Assembly: GCA_964016885.1 (NCBI GenBank)
Contig: OZ024740.1
Span: forward strand, 410,502,001 to 410,566,000
Source: Eledone cirrhosa
Taxonomy: Eukaryota
Direction: 5' to 3'
Length of the DNA stretch: 64,000 nucleotides
Under the pieces are notes generated by a model. The model did no database searches, had not been told where the DNA came from, and saw nothing but the letters and a program-made list of their open reading frames with translations. This document shows positions 54,540 to 64,000 of this stretch, in pieces. The position numbers and the translations under genes are program-made. The number at the start of each line of letters is the position of its first letter. Within the stretch, counting starts at the first letter, position 1.

Positions 54540-57500
54540 ATGACCTCACTCAGAATAGGCAGCATAAATGCGCGTGGCTTGGGGTCGTCATGGAAGCAGG
54601 GTCACCTGCTCAACGACCTCAGGTCACTAAACATAGATGTAGTGGCCATCAGCGAGACCAGAATCTCCGAAGCACGGGCCTTCGCACCGATCTTCAGCGG
54701 CTACGATGTGTACGCATCTCCCAGCCGTCCTGGATCGGGTGGAGGAGTTGCTGCGCTTTTTCGGAGAGGTTTGGATCTCGCCATACGGGCCATCTTCCTG
54801 GACCCAGAGGGTAAGCTGGTGGTGCTGGACGTGACCAGCGGAGACGGGCAAGCTTTCAGGCTAGTGGCCGTCTATGCCCCGACAGGAGCAGGGCGGCCTG
54901 ATTTCTTCCGGCGTCTGGAGACCTTTCTTGGAACGTCCCGCTCTTTAGTGTTAGTGGGCGACTGGAACGGGATCTTAGATGCACGCGGGGACTGTGTGGG
55001 ATTAGCGGATAGGGGTGGAGGGTGCAAGAGCCTCACCAACCTGCTCAGGCGTTTTGAACTGTCTGACAGGTACCGATTGGATTTCCCGAATGTGCCAATG
55101 TGGACTTGGACAAACCGCATAGGGTCATCCAGATCATATCTAGATAGAGTATTTTGTAGGGAAATAGATAGGTCTAGCATAGGCTGTCCACAATTCAAGA
55201 TAGTCAGCTACACGGACCACAAATTCGTGATCTGTGTGCTTGACTTAGATAGGCTTCATAGACGAGGACCCGGCTACTGGAAGCTAAACGCGTCCTTACC
55301 AGCGCGCAAGGCCTACAGAGACCGGATTAGCGAACTAGTTAAGCGGGCGTTGACGGGGGCCATCGTCAACAACAAGTGGTGGTTTGCTCTGAAAAGAGCG
55401 ATTAGAATAGAATCGATTAGGTTTAGTAAGGCTTTAGCAATAGAGAAAAATAGAGCAGAGGGAGAACTAGTTAGAAAATTAGACGAGGCGCTTAGCAAAG
55501 GCATTGCGACCGACGTGCTTGCGGCGAAATTGGCCCTTGACCAATTCTTCAATGCAAAGCACGAAGGCTGCGTTGTCAGAGCAAGGGTGCGTGCTCTCAG
55601 ACACGAGGGGACGAAAGCCGTTCAATGGGCCCGAGTGGCGGAGGCGCGTCGTGGCAACAAAGCCACAATCCTGTCTTTGGTGGACCACGACGGGCGCATG
55701 CTACTCGATCCCGGGCAAATGTGTGAAGCTTTTCAGCGACACTTCGTTCAGCTGTTCGGGGGCAGCGGTGGGCCGGGTAGAGGGATGGACTTTAGTGTCT
55801 ACCTCGACGGACTGCCGCGGCTCTCGGCCACTGAGGCGAAGTGTTGCGAAAAGCCGATAACAGCCGCTGAAGTAAGGGAGGCAATGACTGGCTGCACAAG
55901 GGGTAAATCGCCTGGTTTGGATGGTCTGCCCTATGAACTTTACGTACAGATGCCAGACTTGTTCGGAGGCCTCTTGGCGGACGTCTACTGCAACTGTCAA
56001 CAGAACGGGAGAATTCCCAGTTCTGTGAGCCGAGGAGCGGTGGCACTGCTGAGAAAGAATCCGAACAAGGGGGATAACATAGATAATTTCCGGCCCATAA
56101 CTCTGCTAAACACAGAGTTCAAGATTTTGGCCAAGGTGCTAGCAAAGAGGTTGGCGCTTGTCGTTGGTGGTCTGGTGGGAGAGGCGCAGACATGCGCCAT
56201 TCCCGACAGATCCATCCACGACAACCTCCACCTCATTCGATACATCATAGAGAGGGTAGCTAAGGAACCTGGCACGGGTGGGTCCTTGATCAATTTAGAT
56301 CAGTCGAAAGCTTTCGATAGGGTCGTCCATCGTTACCTAGCGGCAGTCCTGAGGGCGGCTGGCTTTGGGCCCGTCTTCAGAGGCTGGATCGCTGCAATGC
56401 ACAGCGACATCTGCTCTGTGGTGAGAGTGAACGGTCACCTGTCGGAACCGTTCAACATCATGCGCTCGGTCCGCCAAGGATGTCCCCTCTCGTCCCTCTT
56501 GTACGTATTGACTCTCGAGCCATTACTGCACAAACTGGAGACGTTGAGGGGAGTCCCGCGCGAACTAGGATGCGGTTGATCCGTGTCAGCATATGCGGAC
56601 GATGTCACCGTAGTGGTGTCGAACGCCAAACACATCGAGGCGATCGGCACTACACTAAGAGAATACGAAGCGGTGACAGGAGCAATGATCAACCAGGAAA
56701 AGTCAGTGGGCCTGCAGCTCGGCACCTGGAGAGGCAGGTCCATGCCGTCCAACAGCGTCGTCGGGCGCTGGACGGACGGACCGGTTAAATTGCTAGGGGT
56801 CTGGTTCGGTCCGGACCTCCAGACGGACAAAAACTGGGACGAGGTGACGAGCAGGGTGGCTTCTCTCACCCAGAAATGGGCGGAGAGGAAGCTATCCCTG
56901 AAAGGTCGAGCGGAGGTGGCTAACGCGTACATCGCGTCTGTCATCTGCTACCGCCTGACCGTCGTACCTTGTCCTAAGCCTCGCCTGACTGCGCTGGAGC
57001 GTTTGCTCTTTCGCTTTTTGTGGAAGGGACGTGCTCCGATGGTCAGGCGGTCCATCTGTTGTCAACACCCGCTACGTGGAGGGCTGGGCATGCCGTGGCT
57101 GATGATGCGCAGGCACGCGCTCAGGCTACCACATCTCCACCTCTTCCTCGACGGTGATCAGGTGTGGTCGCCGTTTGCTAGACACGTATTTCCCCAGCTC
57201 GTTTCCTTGACGGAGCTGCAGTCCTGGGTCAAGCGAAGACCGAGAGGGAGCGCCTGGAGACTGGAATGTCTTCAGGCGCTCACAGCCCTCGACCAATCGG
57301 GCAATGTGATCGGTGGAAACTCCACCTCGGCGTTCTACAGAGGATTAGTGGAGGGGAAGAGCGACGACGTACTTGGGGAAACTCTAGGCGTCGACGAAAA
57401 GCAACTAGCCAATCTCTTCGGAAGAACTTTCGGGCCAGGGCCTATGGACAACTTCCAGAAATCTCTGGCCTGGCAGTGCTACCGAGGAGCCTTGCCAGTT

Positions 57501-57959
57501 CGGGATAAACTCTACAGGCATGGAGGTGCCGTCAGCCGGGCATGTCCGAGATGCGCGCAGGGCGACGAAACCGTCCTGAACGCACTCGTCCAGTGTCCGA
57601 AAATTGCTGACTTGTGGGTTTATGTCGAACACCTGCTGTCGCGTTTAGGACGGATCCGGCTATCATCTGAGTCCATCGTGAGGATTGCCCCGCCCTCCTC
57701 CTTTAGCCGGGAAGGGCAGGCAGTTATTATCTGCCTGGTGGCCATGGTGAAAGAGATAGTATGGTGGACACGTTTGAAAGGGCTGAAGACGAGCACTTAC
57801 CTCTTCGGTGATGCTCTGATTGACTTTTTCAAATTTCATTTGAAAAGGAAAATCAGAGTAGAGAGGGAAGTGCTCTCTTCCCAGCATTTTGTTGAAAGAT
57901 GGGTGAGAGAAGCAAGAATGGCCCGAGTGAATGGGCCTACTCTGAGTATATATCTGTAA
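54540..57959 (+). pseudogene. Tx1-type ORF2 (APE endonuclease + RT + C-terminal Cys motif) with one in-frame TGA at 56577-56579
   Basis: SINARGL, ISET, VYAP, GDWN, SYLDR, TDH; NFRPITLLN, LDQSKAFDRV, RQGCPLS, YADD, GGLG, CPRC..ETV.NAL..C. Confidence 0.95.
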
Positions 57960-58210
57960 ATTAAAGGTGGAAAACTGGGAGAGGGCACTTGCCTTGGTGG
58001 TCAGAGTCATTGTGGCTTTTTACTGGGCTTTCTACACAAATGTCCCTCCGAAGTCTGCCCCCTATTGGGGAATTTTTCATTGTTATTTTTTGTTACATCC
58101 TCTGTTTTTGTTTTTTACACGCAGAAATGCCCATTTGTACCGTCCTGCATTGTCCTGCACTGTCCTTAATGTCTACTTTATGTAAACCCTTGTGGTTAAT
58201 AAAGAAATCA

Positions 58211-58273
58211 TTCTTCTTCTTCTTCTTCTTCTTCTTCTTCTTCTTCTTCTTCTTCTTCTTCTTCTTCTTCTTC
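58211..58273. repeat. (TTC)21
   Basis: Direct reading. Confidence 0.98.
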
Positions 58274-58850
58274 TACAAAAGCTTCAGTGGAACTCCACTC
58301 ACACGTGGAGTGCACTGTGCAGGCTTCCTTGACAGGACGAGCGTCACAGTCTTCGCAGGACTGATTTTTATTCCTGCCGTGCAGCACTCGACAGCAAACC
58401 TATTAAATGCATATCGGAGATCCCCTTCTGACGAGTTAAGAAATACCAAGCCATCCACCAATTGCAATCAACTGATCCTATTCCCAGTTAGTATTGCTAC
58501 CACGTCCAACCCGGCTGTGCATTTCAATCCTACCCACGAAATTATGAACAGAAGTCACAGTACGCACCTTTGGCGAAGTCCAACACTCGTATTGAATGGT
58601 TTACCCGAACACAAATACTAGGGCATTCGTATAGACATCAGGGCAACAAGAAACTGCCCACCGATCCCATATTCCTGCAGAACCTTCCACCACAGGTTCC
58701 ATGGAACGCCGCCATATGCTTTTTTGAGGTCTACAAAACAAGAATACATCTTTTAGCAAGATCTCCACGATTTCTCGAAGACCTGCTGCAGTTTAAATAT
58801 TTGGTTGACCGTGCTGCGCCTGTGGTGAATACCACACTGTTCATCGGCTA
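58274..58850 (-). mobile_element. RTE-clade RT fragment related to 35940-36240
   Basis: DGLVFLNSSEGDLRYAFNRFAVECCTAGIKISPAKT..LSRKPAQC..SGVPLK. Confidence 0.85.
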
Positions 58851-59949
58851 ATTTATATTTGACATTATCCCTACAATTCTTTGATAGACACACAATATAG
58901 ACACTACTGGAAAGGCTTAACAATGAGATATCTATAATTGGAGCAATCTCTCCTGTCCCCAGTTTTTAAAATTTGATCATCTCTACCGATTACCATTGCT
59001 TAGATGCTTTTCCAGAGATTCAGGCCACCCGGCACACACGTGTCAGCCAGAGAAAACCTTCTGTATTTTAGGCTTTTTACATCACGGGCCGAATCCCAGG
59101 CTCCAAGGGGTCTTTCCACACTTGAGCTCTTTATTAGCTCTTGTAACCTCAGCTTCTGATGGCTAGCCATCGGGGTTGGGGCGATAATAAACCCTCGGCC
59201 CTTATACTTTGAAAAAAATTTGCAAAAATCATGAAAAGTTTGATGGTGTGTTTTTGTGTATATGTACATGTGAGCACATGCTTGACTGCACATGTGGAGG
59301 TATTTGTTTATGTGTGTTAGATAATATAGACATGTACCCAAGTCTTTATATTGATTAGATGTTCATGTTTCTGCTTATTGATATAGTTGATAAATTATGC
59401 CTGACATGGGACAACAATTTAATGGTTAGGCGTTATAAATGTAGATAAAAGAAATATTCATTTAATAACTTTCAAATAGTGTTTCATTACAATTTTGACA
59501 GCAAACGAAATCTTCGTCTTTTTTTCGTTACATTATTTAAGGTTCTGGAAATTTCATTTTCATCTCTCCTCATTATTTGGCATTGGAATAAATTGAATAA
59601 TTCTTGATTAATGGTAACTTTTCTGTACTGGCATGTAATCGATCATTGTAAGGTCAGATATGACGTCATTACTGCCTTATTATTAGAAAGTATATCACAC
59701 AACTCTATTCATGCGTGAATAAACACACTCGGCCATACCTCGTTTTCATACACAAAAAAATATGATAACATGAATATGTAGATTTAAAATAGCTAGGTGG
59801 ACAAGATTTTACACCCAAAATTAACAACTATTAGTTACATTTTGTAGAATCTAGTCAAGATATAAAACTTTTTCTTATATTGATTTACTTACCAAGCTGT
59901 TGGGAATAAGTACGATGCATACTCACGGACACACACACATATATATATA

Positions 59950-60269
<320 letters not shown>

Positions 60270-60368
60270 TACATACATACATGCATACATACGTACATAC
60301 ATACATACATAAATGCATACATAAATATATATATGTGAGAAAAACCACAGACCCTCCATCTCAACTCA

Positions 60369-60406
60369 CCTTTTGAAAAGCAGAAGAACTGCGAAACCGG
60401 TAAAGG
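60369..60406 (+). ncRNA. Minimal hammerhead, U3-A8 core variant, 4-bp stem I
   Basis: CCUU-UUGAAAA-GCAG(AAGAA)CUGC-GAA-ACCGGU-A-AAGG inside a roughly 145-bp module between AT-rich microsatellites. Confidence 0.78.
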
Positions 60407-60473
60407 AACCAAATAAATATATATATTTAAAAAAAAAATAAGACTTCAGTTGCATTTTCGATTTCATCCCTTT

Positions 60474-60513
<40 letters not shown>

Positions 60514-62652
60514 GGAAAAAATGAAATTTCATTTCTCACTCTTAGTACGGCTGATACTTAAATATAAGTATGTATACGTACATACATATATGCATACAGA
60601 CGTACAGTAGTATATATATATACATACACACATGCACACATATATATATATATATATATGTACGTATGGGTTTACCGAACATTTATTATAATGTTCGATT
60701 TGTTTGTAAACAAACAGCTCGAATTAAGCCGTACAGTGTTCGGCAACCATCGTTGCCCTTTTGTTCAACACTGACAAAGGAACGATGAACTAGTTTCGCA
60801 GTGAAATACTATAAAACCAATTTTTTAGTGGATTGGTTAAGAACGAAATAGCAGAAACACTCTAGTTGAAATCAATTTTATAATGACATAGGTGATAATG
60901 TTAATGCAATGGAACTGTGGCGGATCAGTAATCAATGAGTTCAATAGAAGAAGGCACTAAAATAAATCTAAATTTTTCCTCAAAAAAGCATGTGATATCT
61001 ATCTATTCCAGAGCTGTGATATGTGTCAGCATGTTAGCAAATTCATTCTCTTATATTAGAAATCTGTTACCACGTTCACTTCTTTTCCACGATTGTTTAT
61101 CTATACTGCGGATTCTATAAAGTACGTACACATTTTTATTTTCCAACTAATGTTTCACCGATTCTTCTCTTTCTATCTATTTTGAAACAGGGCATTTCTG
61201 AAAGGCGTATATCTATTCTTTCATTCACGCTGTAATAAGCTGACTTTGTTCTGTTGCGTGTCCGTATTTGCTTTTATTTGCTTTTTACACAAGTTGCCTC
61301 ATAATAAAGTACAGTATCTAAAACTATTGTTGATTATAGAAGGAAATTAAAATAAATAACTGACAACGTAAACCGAAACGATACTAAATTTAATAAGCTA
61401 ATAACAAAGTGTATACTTGGTTGCTCCATCTGATGAAATAGCTGCTAGATATTCCATAAAATTGCATGTATATGTCTTAGAAAAATGAAGGACAAATTGT
61501 ATAACAGTGTTTTCGACATGCAGTGCCTGGCAATGAATAAATTGTAAGGTAAAGATTTGAGCGGCTTTAGGCTAATCTGGAAAATAATACACAATAAACA
61601 CACAAAGAAAATAATGTAATTTCCCCACTCACTCGCACCCACAGATATTCATTCACTCACTCTATCACCTACTCATTCAGTCATTTTCAACCTCAAAAAT
61701 ATAATTGGTATGAGGCAGCTCATTATTCACGCAAGCTTATATATCGATATTTCTCAGACATAATATGAATGTTTCAATGTATGTAGTTTCTCTCTGTACA
61801 TACATGCATACATACGTACATACACACATGCGTACATACATTCATTATTAGACAGACTGAAAGTCAACTAGATTACAAATAGGGCCCTTTGTGAAAAGAT
61901 CTGAATCAAATATTTGGCATAGCTCACTGAGGAATTTGAATCAAAAGATTAGAAGTAGAAGATTTTACTCTTCAATATCTACTAACATAAGTTCGTGTGT
62001 CACTGATTTCCGTGTGCAGTATAATTCACCTCACAGCCGAGGTTTTATTGAGACGAATCAACATGGAAAAACAACCGACACGAAAACAATGCAATACAGT
62101 GATGCTATGCATTAGTTTATCGTTTAATGTATTAGGAGAAAGAGTCTTATTATTTCGGATTTCAGTCCTTCATTGGAAGCTCTAAAGAAAGAAAGAATAA
62201 ACTGAATGATAAATGAGACTAAGAAAAGAAAGAAAACGGGAACATTTTTCTTCAGGAGCAAAGCACGTGTGTACTTTGTAAGCCATTTTGAAAAATTGAA
62301 TTTCGTGTATCGGAGAGTTATAGGAGGGGAAGTAAATATTGAGGAGTTAGGAATAAATGTATGTGCACAAATGTTGGTTTATTTGTAAAAAGATGTGATT
62401 GACAACCAATATAAAAATGCAAATCGTTTTCCGCCGATATGAACTGCTCGATATTAGACTTAACCAGGTATTTGAATGGTTTTCGTTGGGGATTTATAAA
62501 TATGGACAGCAGAGTGTAGTAGGAATTAACAGTCGAAGGCAGCTAAGCATGAGAATCATGTCAGTCAGGGATTTTCAGCTAGGGGTAATGTCTGCGATCC
62601 CTACCTAATATCAGAAATACATGCATAAAATGGGGGATAAATATAAGTTATT

Positions 62653-62743
62653 AATTGTTTCTACTTTTGACACAATGCCAGCAATTACCCAGTGCATTAC
62701 TGGTACTTTAATTTATCGACCCTGTAAGGATGAAAGGCAAAGT
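62653..62743 (-). mobile_element. SINE 3' fragment
   Basis: Core and tail only. Confidence 0.8.
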
Positions 62744-62892
62744 TATTAATGTCAAAATATCATACACAGTGATTGAAGGTAGGTATGTCACCACATGTCT
62801 GAGAATGGAGACGCATTGAAACGTCAATACTGTCACGTCAATCTAATAACTACATATTTTGACAAGGGTTTAATAGCTGCCAAATATATAAA

Positions 62893-64000
62893 ATAATAAT
62901 AATAATGAAATTATTGTGTAAAGTGCTCAGGTGCACTACAACTCGTCAATATAGTACATAGAATAATACACAAATGCCAGGGAAGTACATGTTTGTATGT
63001 GTTAGCTGTAGTGTTGGCGGATCTCGGGAAGCATGGAGGCCTTAAAGGATGCAGCGTCTCGACAGCTAACAACTGATGCAGGTAGTTTGTTCCATGCTTC
63101 AGCAACTCTGAGCGTGAAAAAATGTTTCCGAAAGTCATGGGAACTGTGCTGTTTTCTTACTTTGTGGGCATGTCCACGTGTGTTAGACACATGGAAATCG
63201 AAAAGGCACTCAGGGTTGTTGTTGGCAACATGGTTAACAATTTTGTGGGTGTTTACCAAGTCAGTTGCCAGGCGTCGGAGCTTCAATGAATCCATGCCCA
63301 GGGAAGCAAGGCGATCAGAGTATGGTAGATGCCTGATGGAGGGTATTCGCTTGGTTGCACGTCTCTGAACAGTTTCCAGGCGGTCAATGTCCTGAGCAAG
63401 ATAGGGGTTCCAGACTGGTGATGCAAATTCTAAGTGTGGTCGCACCATAGCTGTATACAGCCTTAAATAGATATCTGGAGAGCGGCTGACAAAGGTCTTG
63501 CTGAGTGATGCTAAGACACCCTCGGCCCTCTTGACAATTTTAGAGACGTGCCTCGTCCAACGCAAATCGCTGCTGACCGTAATGCCCAGGTCACGTTCAC
63601 AGGAAGACTTCTTGATATTAGTGCTGTGGAGGGAGTATGTGGACGCTGGGTTTTTACTCCCAAAATGCATGGTGGTGCACTTGTCCACAGCTAGCTTGAG
63701 TTGCCAGTCTGAGATCCACTGTTGCATTGTGTCCAGGTCAGACTGCAAGCAAGATCTATAGTGTTCAGGATCTGTCCTTTTTATCTCAAGGTACAGCTTG
63801 ATGTCGTCTGCGTACTTTAGTACTGTGGCATTCCTTAAGTTGGCATCTATGTCATTAATATATGCCACAAACAAAAGGGGGCCAAGAACAGATCCCTGAG
63901 GTACACCAGATGACATCTCATATGGTGAGGAATGCTGTCCCAGAACCGTGACTACCTCTCTTCGACTGAGAATGAAGGACTTCAACCAGTTAAAAAGATC
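62893..64000 (-). mobile_element. CR1-clade LINE 3' end; RT C-terminus is open (63002 to beyond 64000), with an (ATT)n tail
   Basis: SGVPQGSVLGPLLF, YADD, ERDLG, VRPHLEFASPVWNPY, LETVQRRATK, TRGH, FFTLRVAEAWNKLP. Confidence 0.95.

Larger units (their letters stand above)
52215..58210 (+). mobile_element. Apparently full-length Tx1/L1-clade LINE
   Basis: ORF1 with a zinc knuckle, ORF2 APE-RT-Cys domain, AATAAA at 58198-58203, then (TTC)21. Confidence 0.93.

Noticed and set aside
56577-56579. Selenocysteine or readthrough at the TGA in Tx1 ORF2
   Set aside because: Not an evident conserved Cys position; a CGA-to-TGA or GGA-to-TGA point mutation suffices

Overview
AT-rich, microsatellite-saturated eukaryotic DNA with no recognisable host gene, so it is probably intergenic or intronic. 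The SINE families suggest an octopod cephalopod (inference from recalled motifs, no search run). The only real coding sequence belongs to transposons. Two Penelope-like element (PLE) fragments carry RT and/or GIY-YIG domains. A near-intact R4/Dong-type RLE LINE sits in (TAA)n, head-to-head with a near-intact Tx1/L1-type APE LINE ending in (TTC)n, and an older copy of the R4/Dong family is also present. The window also holds CR1 and RTE fragments, hAT MITEs and transposase fossils, more than 12 Nin-domain tRNA-SINE copies, and two related minisatellites. The most interesting hidden layer is RNA. About ten type-I hammerhead ribozyme motifs can be read directly, mostly in short non-coding modules bounded by (TA)n with direct or fold-back repeats, as expected for PLE pseudo-LTRs or retrozyme-like units. 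They include a compensated U3-A8 core variant present twice 58 kb apart, a canonical-core hammerhead with a long stem II, and a mirrored pair inside a perfect 404-bp palindrome. Most ORFs in the supplied track are microsatellite or antisense artefacts.
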